Counted from the stretch's first letter, positions 18,824 to 28,461 are shown. The stretch: 64,000 nt of DNA from Candidatus Latescibacterota bacterium (GCA_964291625.2 OZ220089.1:1440001-1504000); one strand, 5' to 3'. A program made the numbers and translations. The notes: generated from the sequence alone by a model not told the origin.

Positions 18824-20697
18824 CGCGGCCCCTCCAGGGCCTCGGCCCGGGCCGGGTCGATCCACCAGGTCTCCGGGAAGCCGAGGGAGATCATCGGCAC
18901 GATCGCCGGCCGCGCGAAGCGGTCCCAGTAGACGAGGCGGTGGACCGTGGTGTGCCAGTGGGGGATCACGTAGTGGCCCCAGGTCAGCACGCGGTCCAGG
19001 GCGCGCGCCGCGGCCACCTGCTCGGGGCGGGTCTGGGCGGCGATGAGGCGCTCCACCAGCTCGTCCACCACCGGGTCGCGGACCCCGGCGTAGTTGCGGC
19101 TCCCCGGCGTATCGGCGGCGGCCGAGGACCAGTAGTTGCGCTGCTCGTTGCCCGGCGACAGGTACTGGTTCCAGGCGCGGACGATCACGTCGTAGTCGTA
19201 CTCCTGCAGCCGGCGGTAGTACTGGGAGGCGTCCACGGTGCGGCTCGTGGTGGCGATGCCGAGGCGCTCCAGGTGCAGCCGCACCGGCCCCACGACGCGC
19301 TCGTACGACGGCCGCACGAGGAGGAACTCGAAGGCCATGGCCTGCCCCGTCTCCTCGTGGACGAGGGCGCCGCCGCGCACCACCCAGCCGGCGTCGCGCA
19401 GCATGCGCCGGGCCTTGCGCAGGTTGGCGCGGATCGAGGCGTCGCCGTCGGTGGACGGCGCCCTGTAGGCCTGCCCGAAGACGTCGTCCGGTACGCGGCC
19501 CCTGTAGCTCTCCAGGATCGCCAGTTCGCGCCCGCGGGGCGCACCTGCAGCGGCCAGCTCGGAGTTGGCGAAGTGGCTCTCGGTGCGCGTGTAGAGCCCG
19601 TGGAAGAGGGTGGCGTTGGTCCACTCGAAGTCGAAGGCGTGGGCCAGGGCCTCGCGCACGCGCCGGTCGGCGAAGCGGGCGCGCCGGGTGTTGAAGACGA
19701 AGCCGGACATGCCGCGGATGCGGCGGTTGGGCAGCTCCGCCTTCACCAGGCGGCCCTCCCGCACGGCGGGATGGTCGTAGCCGGTGGCCCACTCGCGGGC
19801 CGAGCCGACGGCGCGCAGGTCGTACTCGCCGGCCTTCAGCGCCTCCTGGGCGACGGTGTCGTCCCGGTAGTAGTCGTAGGTGATGCGGTCGAAGTTGTGC
19901 TGCCCCCGGCGCGCCGGCAGGCCCTCGTCCCAGTTCCCCTCGACCCGCGCGTAGGTGATCGAGCGGCCCGGGTCGACCGACTCGATCCGGTAAGGGCCAC
20001 TGCCCAGGGGCGGCTCCAGGGTCGTCTTCGTGAAGTCCCGGGCCTCCCAGTAATGCTTTGGCAGAGCCCGGAGCTGGCCGAGGACGACGGGCAGCTCGCG
20101 GTTGTCGGTGGCGGCCAGCTCGAAGGTGACGGTGCGCTCGTCCTCGGCGATCGCCGTGTCCACGTCGGCGTAGAAGGTGCGGTAGAAGGGGGTGCCGTGG
20201 CGCACGAGGGTGTAGAAGGAGAACACGATGTCGTGAGCGGTGACCGGCTCGCCGTCGTGCCAGCGCGCCTCGGGGCGCAGGAAGAAGGTGACCGAGCTGC
20301 GGTCGGGGGCCAGCCACATCGACTCGGCCAGGTGGCCGTACTCCGACAGCGGCTCGTCCTGGGCCTTCTCGCACAGGCGGCTGTAGATCAGGCTCCAGGT
20401 GCCGGCGGCGGCGACCCCCTTGAGGATGAAGGGGTTGAGGCTGTCGAAGGTGCCCACCCGCGCCAGCCGCACCTCCCCGCCCCGGACCGCCCCCGGGTCG
20501 GTGTAGTCGAAGTGGGTGAAGCCGGGTCCGTACTTGAGGTCGCCGGTCACCGCGAGGGCGTGGACGGCCGGGGTGCGGGTGGGGGTCCCGCCCTCGGCGG
20601 CGGCGGGGCCGTGGATGAGGGCCAGGAGGGTGGCGGCCAGGACAGCGGCCAGCGCTGCGGTTGGGCAGGCCGCGCGCCTGGAGGCGAGGCGGATCAC
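18820..20697 (-). CDS. yejA: Family 5 extracellular solute-binding protein (YejA-type)
   Basis: [34 protein letters not shown]; hydrophobic signal peptide after GTG 20697. Start uncertain. Confidence 0.88.
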   Translation of the reverse strand: MIRLASRRAACPTAALAAVLAATLLALIHGPAAAEGGTPTRTPAVHALAVTGDLKYGPGFTHFDYTDPGAVRGGEVRLARVGTFDSLNPFILKGVAAAGTWSLIYSRLCEKAQDEPLSEYGHLAESMWLAPDRSSVTFFLRPEARWHDGEPVTAHDIVFSFYTLVRHGTPFYRTFYADVDTAIAEDERTVTFELAATDNRELPVVLGQLRALPKHYWEARDFTKTTLEPPLGSGPYRIESVDPGRSITYARVEGNWDEGLPARRGQHNFDRITYDYYRDDTVAQEALKAGEYDLRAVGSAREWATGYDHPAVREGRLVKAELPNRRIRGMSGFVFNTRRARFADRRVREALAHAFDFEWTNATLFHGLYTRTESHFANSELAAAGAPRGRELAILESYRGRVPDDVFGQAYRAPSTDGDASIRANLRKARRMLRDAGWVVRGGALVHEETGQAMAFEFLLVRPSYERVVGPVRLHLERLGIATTSRTVDASQYYRRLQEYDYDVIVRAWNQYLSPGNEQRNYWSSAAADTPGSRNYAGVRDPVVDELVERLIAAQTRPEQVAAARALDRVLTWGHYVIPHWHTTVHRLVYWDRFARPAIVPMISLGFPETWWIDPARAEALEGPR

Positions 20698-20830
20698 TGG
20701 CGGGAGGGGCCGCGCCGGCGGGTGCAGCGGGCGGGCCCGGAGATCAGCGGTAGCAGGGCAGCGGCCAGCGCCGAGGAGGGCAAGACCGGGCGCACCGAGG
20801 CGAGCCGGATCGCTGGCCGGAGGGGCCGCG
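20600..20830 (-). repeat. Degenerate tandem duplication (about 116 bp offset) of the yejA 5'/signal-peptide region
   Basis: Minus-strand CGCGGCCCCTCCGGCCAGCGATCCGGCTCGCCTC...GCGCTGGCCGCTG versus CGCGGCCCCTCCCGCCAGTGATCCGCCTCGCCTC...GCGCTGGCCGCTG. Confidence 0.75.
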
Positions 20831-21250
20831 TGAGCGGGTGCAGACGGGCGGGGCTGTTCTCGTGCGAGACCAGAGCAGGGTCCTTCGGCGAGAGGATCCC
20901 GGCGCCCTTGGGAGCGGCCGAGGGCCGCCAGCCAAGAGGGCAGGGACAGCAGCTGTCGTAGCGGGCGAGATGATCCCGGCGTTCCCGGGGGAGGAGAAGC
21001 GCCGGCCGGCAGCCGCGACCCGAGGGGGAAGCCGCAAGGCCGGCGGGGATGCCGGCCCGGGGCCACGGCGGCATCTATAGTAAGGGCAGGCGGGGGATTT
21101 CGCCCGGTGCGGCCCCAGCCCCAAAGGGGCCTCTCGGGTGCGCGGGCCGGGAATTCCCCTCGCCGCGGACACGCCCGCGGCGGGGGCGCCCACGCCGCTC
21201 GACCTCGGTTTCCGCTCGCGACTTCTCCCGCGCTGACCGGATCCCGCGCA

Positions 21251-21296
21251 GATTACTCAGTATGCCGCGTGAAATTACTCAGTATGTTGAGTAATC
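21251..21296. promoter_or_regulatory. Candidate operator: 13-bp direct repeat plus 8-6-8 palindrome
   Basis: ATTACTCAGTATG at 21252 and 21274; ATTACTCA-GTATGT-TGAGTAAT at 21274-21295; an AT-rich patch about 30 bp before the next ATG. Confidence 0.7.
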
Positions 21297-21327
21297 GGTT
21301 CGGCCCGCCTCACGGAGACAGGAGACC

Positions 21328-22251
21328 ATGAGCGACTACGAGTTCAAGATGGGGATGTACCTCGGGGAGCTGCGCCAGCCCTGGGAGCAATCGCTGGCCA
21401 CGGCGCGGGACCTCGGCGCCCGCTACGTCTGGTGCGGCGCCCACTCCGACGGCCGCAGCCTCTACCAGCTCTCCGACGCCGAGATCGACGTGGCCGCCGG
21501 GCAGGTCGCCGCTCACGGCCTGGAGTTCTTCCTCATCGAGGGCGGCGGGTTGTTCAAGACCGTGCACTTGGCCGAGCTGGCGCCGGGGCGGATGCTGGAG
21601 CACGCCGACTTCCGGGAGCATCTCTCCAAGCTGGAACGGTCGATGGTGGTTTCGGCCCGCCTGGGGATCGGCGCGGTCTCGTGCAGCAGCTTCGCCTGGC
21701 CCGCCGAGTACACCGGCGGCAAGCCGACCTGGCCGATGCGCTGGGCGACCCGCGGCGGCATCATCTCCGACGGCGACATGGCCAAGCTGGTGGAGGCCTT
21801 CTCCATGTTCGCCGACCTCGCCGAGAAGCACGACGTCGACATCGCCTTCCTGATGATGCAGTGGAACTACGGCAACACGAGCCGCAACTTCCGCCGCATC
21901 GTCGAGGCCGTGGGCTCGCGCCGGTTCAAGGCCCTGTGGTGCCCGGCCGACAGCCTCAACTGCGGCGAGGCCGACAACGCCACCGCCGGCTTCGAGAACC
22001 TGCGCCCCTACCTCCACGGCGTGCACGCCAAGGACCTGCGCACCATCGACGGTTCGAAGCTGGAATTCGAGTACACCCCCATCGGCGAGGGGGACGTGGA
22101 CTACCCCACGATCCTGCGCAACCTGCGCGACAACCGCTGCGACGTGATCCTCTCCATCGCCACCCACTTCCTGCCCCCCAGCGGCTCCCCCGTGGAGGCG
22201 ATGGAGACGAACTACGCCAACATCCGCAGGCTCATCGGGGAGCTGCGGTAG
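21328..22251 (+). CDS. Sugar phosphate isomerase/epimerase (xylose-isomerase-like TIM barrel)
   Basis: HGVHAKD and TPIGEGDVDYPTIL; AGGAG Shine-Dalgarno. Confidence 0.85.
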   Translation: MSDYEFKMGMYLGELRQPWEQSLATARDLGARYVWCGAHSDGRSLYQLSDAEIDVAAGQVAAHGLEFFLIEGGGLFKTVHLAELAPGRMLEHADFREHLSKLERSMVVSARLGIGAVSCSSFAWPAEYTGGKPTWPMRWATRGGIISDGDMAKLVEAFSMFADLAEKHDVDIAFLMMQWNYGNTSRNFRRIVEAVGSRRFKALWCPADSLNCGEADNATAGFENLRPYLHGVHAKDLRTIDGSKLEFEYTPIGEGDVDYPTILRNLRDNRCDVILSIATHFLPPSGSPVEAMETNYANIRRLIGELR

Positions 22252-22254
22252 CGG

Positions 22255-22695
22255 CTACCGCCGCGCGGCGAAGGGGTGGCGCCAGCGCAGGTCGGGAAAG
22301 CGGCTGAAGTCGCGGTCGGTGGTGATCCACTCGCTGCCCGACTCGATGGCCAGGGCGGCCAGGTACGCATCCTGGACAAGGTTCCCCTTGCACTGCGCCT
22401 GACGGCACAGGCGCGTGAAGATCTCCCAGTGACGCGCGCCCGGTGCGATGGCCACGCGGTTGGGTCGGTCGCGCACCTGGTCGAGGAAGGCCAGGGCCGT
22501 GTCCAGCGGGCTGGGCGGATCGAAGATGCGGCTGTGGGTGGAGATGCGGACAAAGCTGGCCAGCACGACATCGCTCAGGCCATAGGCCTGGGGACTGTAG
22601 ATCAGCTCTTCCAGCCAGTCCCGATAGTCCGCGTGGTCCGGGATTTCCTCTCGATGGGTATATAGCAGGACATTGACGTCAAGCAGGACCACCAT
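22255..22695 (-). CDS. vapC: VapC PIN-domain toxin
   Basis: LLDVNVLLY, GNLVQDAYLAALAIE, TTDRDFSRF. Confidence 0.92.
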   Translation of the reverse strand: MVVLLDVNVLLYTHREEIPDHADYRDWLEELIYSPQAYGLSDVVLASFVRISTHSRIFDPPSPLDTALAFLDQVRDRPNRVAIAPGARHWEIFTRLCRQAQCKGNLVQDAYLAALAIESGSEWITTDRDFSRFPDLRWRHPFAARR

Positions 22696-22930
22696 CCCTC
22701 TCCATCAAGTCGAGCAGGGATGAGTTGTCGTCGAGGTCGACGCCCCTTTGCAGACCCCGGCCCTTGAAGGTCTTCAAGGGGATGCGGGCATCGGCCCGAG
22801 GGGCATCCTTCCTCGCCAGGGCTTCGCGCAGCGCGTCCTCGATCACCGCTTTCAGGGTTCGGCCCGTCTGGGCAGCCCGCTGCTTGGCCTCCGAGAGCAA
22901 CTGATCGTCGATCTGTATCGTCGTCCTCAT
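22679..22930 (-). CDS. vapB: VapB RHH antitoxin
   Basis: MRTTIQIDDQLLSEAKQRAA...VIEDALR; overlaps vapC. Confidence 0.9.
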   Translation of the reverse strand: MRTTIQIDDQLLSEAKQRAAQTGRTLKAVIEDALREALARKDAPRADARIPLKTFKGRGLQRGVDLDDNSSLLDLMERDGGPA

Positions 22931-22957
22931 ACATAAAAGCATACGTCAGGCGCACAA

Positions 22958-24448
22958 CTATGCCAATCCCCCCGGATACGGGTTGTAGCGCACCTCCACC
23001 TCGACCTCCTCGATGGTGACGCTGCCGGTGAGGCCCTCCGGCCGGCTCTCCAGCGACACGCTCAGGACGTTCTCCCCCTTGCGCGGCACGACGTCGACGA
23101 GGTCGAACTCCAGCCAGTGGTTCCGCGGGTTGGTGTGGGGGAAGGCGTCGTCCCTCTCCTTCTCCTTCCAGACGCGGCGGCAGGTCTCGCCCTCCAGGGA
23201 CCGCCCGTTCAGCGACACGTTGAACCGGTCCGCGGAGACGACGTTGGTCAGGTAGAGCCGCAGCTTCGTCGCGCTGACGCGGCTGTCGGCCGCGGCGATG
23301 TCGTCGGCGATGGTGAAGGGGATCGCGTGGGCCGCGGTGGGCAGGGGCGGGGCCAGCTCGTGGGGGATGTGATGGTGATAGTCGACCCGAGCCGCGCCGT
23401 CGTACTCCCGGGCCACGACGTAGTGCTTGTCCCGGCCGCCGACCAGCTCCGGAGACCCCATCATGGTGAGCAGGTTGCGCTCGGCGTCGCCGAGAGGCCA
23501 GTCCAGCGCCCAGGTGTAGAGGCCGTCGACGCCCTTCTCCCAGTAGATGGCCGCGGCGGCCAGGAACTGCTCCAGGTTGGCGTACCGCCGGCCGCTGGCG
23601 CCGACGACGCTGTCCTGCGTGTAGTGCTGCAGGAACCCGTAGACCGAGGCGTCCGCCTCGTGGGCGGGTCCCACCACCCAGTCGAAGGGCATGTCCGGGT
23701 CGAGGACGGTGTAGATGTAGGCCACGGGCACGACGAAGTCGAGCAACCCCTCGGCGAGCCACGTCCTCACGTCGAGGCCCTGCTCGAGGTTGCCCTTCTC
23801 GGTCGGGAAGATCCGCGCCCCCACCAGGCCCGGCTCCCCCGGCCGTGAGCGCACCATCTCGGCCGAGCGCCGCACCCACTCGGTCATGGTGGCCGTGTTT
23901 TCGGGGGTCCCCCCGTCCTGGAAGTAGAAGTATCCGCTCTCGCTGAAGGCGGCGGTGTAGTCCAGCTCGACACCCTCGATGGGGTACCCGGTGGCGAGCT
24001 CGCGCAGCACCTCGAGCTTGAGGTCCTGGACGCGCTCGTCGGCCCAGCCGGGGCCGCCGTTCTCGATCTCCAGCTCCGGGTACACCCCGCCGAGCCGCTG
24101 CAGGCGCACGTCGGCAAGGAAGTCCATCCCGTGCTCGTGAGCGCGGTCGACGAGCACCCGCAGGGGGTCGAGACCCCGCTCCATGAGGCTGAGCATGCAC
24201 GCGGCGGCCCTCCACTCGTAGTTCTGCTTCGACCGCGGCCGGCCGTCCTCGACGGAGAACAGCTTCCCCACCTTCGTGGGGTAGTAGGCGCCGTCGCCGC
24301 GCTCCACGCAGTAGCTGAAGGTGTCGACCGCCGTCCCCGCCACCTCGTCGACAGGGATCCAGGCGTCCTCGAGCCGCATGGGCGGCTCGAAGTACCAGAG
24401 ATACGAGTGCCGCGCGTCGTTGTGGTAGATCGTCCTGCGCCGTCTCAT
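22958..24448 (-). CDS. Hypothetical glycoside-hydrolase-like TIM-barrel protein
   Basis: IYHNDARH, LVDRAHEHGMDFLADVR, YPIEGVELDY, GVDGLYTW; strong GC3 bias. Confidence 0.7.
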   Translation of the reverse strand: MRRRRTIYHNDARHSYLWYFEPPMRLEDAWIPVDEVAGTAVDTFSYCVERGDGAYYPTKVGKLFSVEDGRPRSKQNYEWRAAACMLSLMERGLDPLRVLVDRAHEHGMDFLADVRLQRLGGVYPELEIENGGPGWADERVQDLKLEVLRELATGYPIEGVELDYTAAFSESGYFYFQDGGTPENTATMTEWVRRSAEMVRSRPGEPGLVGARIFPTEKGNLEQGLDVRTWLAEGLLDFVVPVAYIYTVLDPDMPFDWVVGPAHEADASVYGFLQHYTQDSVVGASGRRYANLEQFLAAAAIYWEKGVDGLYTWALDWPLGDAERNLLTMMGSPELVGGRDKHYVVAREYDGAARVDYHHHIPHELAPPLPTAAHAIPFTIADDIAAADSRVSATKLRLYLTNVVSADRFNVSLNGRSLEGETCRRVWKEKERDDAFPHTNPRNHWLEFDLVDVVPRKGENVLSVSLESRPEGLTGSVTIEEVEVEVRYNPYPGGLA

Positions 24449-24468
24449 GCAGCTCTCCTGTTCGTGGC

Positions 24469-24609
24469 TCAGTCGATGATGGCGCCGGACCAGAGATCCA
24501 CGCCGACGCTGAAGAGATGGAACTTGGGAGCCCGGGTGATGACCTGGCGCGAGCGCCGGCGGCTGAAGGGCTCCACCAAGGTGCCGAGGAGCGTCCGGAT
24601 GCAGGGCAC
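24469..24609 (-). pseudogene. Remnant of an AAA_14/DUF4143 ATPase
   Basis: Manual translation TLLGTLVEPFSRRRSRQVITRAPKFHLFSVGVDLWSGAIID* resembles the DUF4143 PKxYxxDxG region joined to a C-terminal LWSG motif. Confidence 0.6.
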
Positions 24610-24619
24610 GGGGTTCTAC

Positions 24620-24644
24620 TCCGGATTGGTCAGACCAAATCGGA
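24620..24644. promoter_or_regulatory. Palindrome resembling a GntR/FadR-subfamily operator
   Basis: TCCG-GA-TTGGTC-A-GACCAA-AT-CGGA. Confidence 0.5.
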
Positions 24645-24697
24645 ATACAGCCCGAGTTGGTCCGTGCTCCGAGGGCCGTCGTCTCGAAGGCCCCGTG

Positions 24698-24718
24698 GCT
24701 GCCGGGTCCGCCGGCAGC
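24698..24718 (-). terminator. GC-rich hairpin downstream of the GNAT gene
   Basis: GCTGCCGG-GTCCG-CCGGCAGC; no U-tract. Confidence 0.35.
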
Positions 24719-24734
24719 GCCTCACTCCGCCCCT

Positions 24735-25214
24735 TCAATCAAGAGTCAGCTTCATCACCAGTTCCTCCCCCTCTTCCTCGCCCGTGTGCTCGAAGCCCAG
24801 CTTGCGGTAGAAGCCCTCCGGACTTCCATCGCCCGGCACATGGCTGAGGGTGAGCTCCTTCGCCTCCGGCTGCCCCTTCACGTGCTCGATCAGGAGCTCC
24901 ATGGCGCGGCGTCCGTACCCCTTCCCCTGATGCCGCGCATCGATCATGAAGCGCCACAGGTAGTACTCCCCTTCCTCCGGCTCGACGGACAGCATCAGGA
25001 AACCGACAGGCGCCTCCCCCGCATGGATGGCGCGAAACCATGCCTCGGGCGAGAAGTGGGCCTGGGCGATGGAGACCGCATTCGAAGCGACGAACCGTCT
25101 CTGCCCCCTGGCTACCCGAAGCTCCAGAATGGACATGAGGGTTTCCGCCGTGATCTCGCGCAGGCTGACCGTTGCCTCGGGGCCAGGTGGTGCCTTCGAA
25201 CGGAGAGGCTTCAC
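24735..25214 (-). CDS. GNAT N-acetyltransferase (spermidine acetyltransferase-like)
   Basis: FVASNAVSIAQA, RFMIDARHQGKGYG, FYRKLGF. Confidence 0.9.
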   Translation of the reverse strand: MKPLRSKAPPGPEATVSLREITAETLMSILELRVARGQRRFVASNAVSIAQAHFSPEAWFRAIHAGEAPVGFLMLSVEPEEGEYYLWRFMIDARHQGKGYGRRAMELLIEHVKGQPEAKELTLSHVPGDGSPEGFYRKLGFEHTGEEEGEELVMKLTLD

Positions 25215-26659
25215 TTGACGAGGAGCAGGGGGCGAACCTGCCTGCCGCCCGGATGGTCCAGACGCGCCAGGTAGACGCCAGCCGCCACCGGAACGCCCTT
25301 CCGGTCGCGGCCATCCCAGGAGACCTGGTATCGACCGGAAGCCTGGATGCCGTCCACCAGCGTGCGCACGGGCTGACCTGAGACCGCGTGGATCGTCAGC
25401 CGCACCGGACCGGTCGCGGCCAGACGGTAGGGGATGCGGGTGGTGCTGTTGAAGGGATTGGGGAAGCTCGGGTCCAGACCGCTGGTGACCGGCACGGCCG
25501 TCCGCGGTCCTTCCGCCATCGTCGTGGTGGTGGGCTCGAACCGTGGATAGCCGGGGTTGAAATACAGATGGAGCGATTCCAGCGCGGTCAAACCGTGAAA
25601 CAGATCCTCCGGCAGTACTTCGAGGTCGTTGGCGCGGAGATCGAGCGTGCGCAGGGCTGTCAGGTCACGAAACAGATCGGAAGGCAACGATGCGAGGTCG
25701 TTGTAGGCCAGGTAGAGCGCTTCCAGGTCGGTCAGACCGCGAAACAGATCGGAAGGCAACGATGCGAGGTCGTTGTGGGACAAGGAGAGCCCTTCCAGGG
25801 TGGTCAGACCGCGAAACACATTCCCGGGCAGGTTCTCGAGAGCGTTGCCGGACAGCTGCAGGCTCCTCAGGGAGGTCAGATCGGCGAACATGTCGGCGGG
25901 CAAGGCCGTCAGGCCCGTCCTGCGCAGGGAGAGTCTGTCAAGCGCGGTCAGACCGCGAAACAGATCCGAAGGCAAGGATACGAGATCGTTGTCGTCTAAC
26001 GAGAGGGATCGCAGCCCGGTCAGACCGCGGAACATGCCCGACGGCAACGTCGAGAGATTATTGTCTGACAGACGGAGCGTGTACAACCCCCTTAGACCCC
26101 GAAACACATCCGGGGGCAGCGACGAGAGAGCGTTGCCGGACAGAGTGAGCGAATGGAGCGCCGCCAGACCCTGAAGCGAGTCCTTGGGCAAGGTCTCAAG
26201 CGCGTTGTGGCGCAGATCGAGCGTATACAACGCCGTCAGACCCCGAAACACATCCGAAGACAGCGACGCAAGGCCGTTGGCGCCCAGATCAAGCACTAGC
26301 AGCGACGTCAGACCATGGAATAGACCCGACGGCAGTGTCACGAGAGCATTGCTGGACAGATCGAGCCTTCTCAGCGAGGTCAATCCAGCGAAATCTCCGC
26401 CCAGCAGGCTGGAAATCCCCTTGTACTGGAGCGCCAGCCTGCGGATCGCCGCAAGGTGCTCCTCGGTCACCGCCGCGCAATCGCTGACGCCGTCAATCTG
26501 CTCGAGGATGGCCGTTTGCACCTGCGGGGTGCGGCCGCAGATGCCGGAGGAGGCCGTCTGCCCCCACGCGGCCCCTCCAAGAATCTGGACGGCGACACCA
26601 AGGAGGCAGAGCAAACCTCCCGGCGTGGCTTCCCTGGCTCGAGTCTCCGTCCTGTCCAT
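25211..26659 (-). CDS. Secreted leucine-rich-repeat protein (about 12-13 x 24-aa LRR) with FlgD-Ig/T9SS-like C-terminal domain
   Basis: Signal peptide, cap ICGRTPQVQTAIL...DCAAVT, LxxLxLxxNxLxxLPxxxFxGL repeats, tail FPNPFNSTTRIPY...WDGRD...GVY. Confidence 0.92.
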   Translation of the reverse strand: MDRTETRAREATPGGLLCLLGVAVQILGGAAWGQTASSGICGRTPQVQTAILEQIDGVSDCAAVTEEHLAAIRRLALQYKGISSLLGGDFAGLTSLRRLDLSSNALVTLPSGLFHGLTSLLVLDLGANGLASLSSDVFRGLTALYTLDLRHNALETLPKDSLQGLAALHSLTLSGNALSSLPPDVFRGLRGLYTLRLSDNNLSTLPSGMFRGLTGLRSLSLDDNDLVSLPSDLFRGLTALDRLSLRRTGLTALPADMFADLTSLRSLQLSGNALENLPGNVFRGLTTLEGLSLSHNDLASLPSDLFRGLTDLEALYLAYNDLASLPSDLFRDLTALRTLDLRANDLEVLPEDLFHGLTALESLHLYFNPGYPRFEPTTTTMAEGPRTAVPVTSGLDPSFPNPFNSTTRIPYRLAATGPVRLTIHAVSGQPVRTLVDGIQASGRYQVSWDGRDRKGVPVAAGVYLARLDHPGGRQVRPLLLVK

Positions 26660-26667
26660 CTCGCTGG

Positions 26668-28461
26668 CTACTTGAGGTAGAGCACGCGCCTGGTCTGCCG
26701 CCCGCCCGGGTAGTGCAGACAGGTCCGATAGACACCCGCCGCCACCGGAACGCCCCGCTCGTCCCGGCCATCCCAGGAGACCTGGTATCGACCCGAAGCC
26801 TGGACGCCGTCCACCAGCGTGCGCACGGGCTGACCCGAGACCGCGTGGATCCTCAGCCGCACCGGACCGGACGCGGCCAGACGGTAGGGGATCCGGGTGG
26901 TGCTGTTGAAGGGATTGGGGAAGCTCGGATCCAGACCGCTGGTTACCGGAACGGCCGCCCGCGGTCCTTCGGCTATTGTCGTGGTGGTGGGCTCGAACCG
27001 CGGATAGCCGGGGTTGCCGGACAGCTGGAGCCGTTGCAGGAATGGCAGTTCACTGAAGACATCGGCGGGCAAGCTCTCGAGGGCGTTGTGGCGCAGGTCG
27101 AGGTGTCGGAGAGATCTCAGACCCGAGAACACCTCGGCCGAGAGCGACGTGAGTGAGTTGGCGGCCAGATCGAGCCTCTCCAGCGAACCCAGATCCGAGA
27201 ACACGCCGGGCGGGAGGGACTCGAGAGCGTTGTCCCACAGCTCCAGCGTTTCCAGGGACGACAGGCCCGCAAACAGGCCGACGGGCAGTCTCTCCACGGC
27301 GTTGCCGCCCAGCATGAGCCACTCCAGAGAAGACAGGCCCGAGAACACGCCAGGAGGCAGGGACGCAAGGGCGTTGGCGTACAGACTGAGCCTCTCCAGG
27401 GATGACAGATCCGAGAACACGCCGGGAGGCAGAGAGGCAAGGGTGTTGTTGTGCAGACTGAGCCTTTCCAGGGACGACAGATCCCGGAATACGTCAGCAC
27501 TCAATTGCGAGAGAGCGTTGCCATGGAGATCAAGCCGTTCCAGCGACAACAGATCCCGGAATACGGCAGGTGGCAAAGAGGTGAGGGCATTGTTGTACAG
27601 ATCGAGTCGTACCAGGGATCTCAAACCCGCAAAGGCATCATCGGGCAGCGACGCAAGGGCATTGTGGTCCAGAGTGAGCCATTCCAGAAACAGCAGACCG
27701 GCAAACGCCCCCGCGGGTAACGACGCAAGGGCGTTGTGGTCCAGAGTGAGCAGTTCCAGCGAGGTCAGATCGGAGAACACACCGGCGGGCAGCGACGTCA
27801 GGGCGTTGTCTTTCAGGGTCAGGAATTTCAGGGACGGCAGACCGGAAAACACGTCCGGAGACAGCGACGCAAGGAGGTTGCTTCTCAGAGAGAGGACCCT
27901 CAGCGAGGATAGATCCGAAAAAACACCCTCAGGCAACGACGTGAGAGCGTTGTTCTCAACATAGAGGGACTCCAGGGAGACTAGATCGGCAAACACACCA
28001 GCGGGCAATGACGCAAGATCATTGTTCTGTAGTTGAAGTCTTGCCAGCGACATCGCATCTGAAAGAAGATCGGCCGGCAGTGTCGAGAGAGCGTTGTCGT
28101 TCAGGCCGAGGAATTCCAGGGAACCCAGACCTGCAAACAGACCGGCTGGCAATGCCGAAAGATCGTTGCCTTGCAGACCGATCCTTTGCACCGAGCTCAG
28201 GCCTGCAAAGTCGTCTTCCCGCAGGTTCGAAATCCCTGCATCCGAGAGACCCAGCCCACCGGTGATCGCCGCCAACCGCTCCTCGGTCACCGCCGCGCAA
28301 TCGCTGACGCCGTCGATCCGATCGAGGATGGCCGTCTGCACCTGCGGGGTGCGGCCGCAGATGCCGTCGGCTGCCGTCTGCGCCCATGCGGTTCCGGCAG
28401 GATTGTGGAGGAGGAGGGCCAGGAGGCAGAGACCTCCCGCTACGTTCAGGCCAAGCCTCAC
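26668..28461 (-). CDS. Secreted leucine-rich-repeat protein (about 17-18 x 24-aa LRR) with FlgD-Ig/T9SS-like C-terminal domain
   Basis: Same cap and tail as its neighbour; GTG 28461 overlaps the TGA of the upstream Gfo gene. Confidence 0.9.
   Translation of the reverse strand: MRLGLNVAGGLCLLALLLHNPAGTAWAQTAADGICGRTPQVQTAILDRIDGVSDCAAVTEERLAAITGGLGLSDAGISNLREDDFAGLSSVQRIGLQGNDLSALPAGLFAGLGSLEFLGLNDNALSTLPADLLSDAMSLARLQLQNNDLASLPAGVFADLVSLESLYVENNALTSLPEGVFSDLSSLRVLSLRSNLLASLSPDVFSGLPSLKFLTLKDNALTSLPAGVFSDLTSLELLTLDHNALASLPAGAFAGLLFLEWLTLDHNALASLPDDAFAGLRSLVRLDLYNNALTSLPPAVFRDLLSLERLDLHGNALSQLSADVFRDLSSLERLSLHNNTLASLPPGVFSDLSSLERLSLYANALASLPPGVFSGLSSLEWLMLGGNAVERLPVGLFAGLSSLETLELWDNALESLPPGVFSDLGSLERLDLAANSLTSLSAEVFSGLRSLRHLDLRHNALESLPADVFSELPFLQRLQLSGNPGYPRFEPTTTTIAEGPRAAVPVTSGLDPSFPNPFNSTTRIPYRLAASGPVRLRIHAVSGQPVRTLVDGVQASGRYQVSWDGRDERGVPVAAGVYRTCLHYPGGRQTRRVLYLK

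Noticed and set aside
20840-21250. Riboswitch or ncRNA in the long GC-rich region upstream of yejA
   Set aside because: Hairpins exist (e.g. GGGTCCT...AGGATCC), but I found no cobalamin, TPP, SAM, c-di-GMP, SRP or tmRNA consensus; such hairpins are expected at this GC content.
25560-28250. 72-bp periodicity as a CRISPR array or DGR template/variable repeat
   Set aside because: Explained by in-frame LRR coding. There is no reverse transcriptase and no non-coding template repeat in the window.
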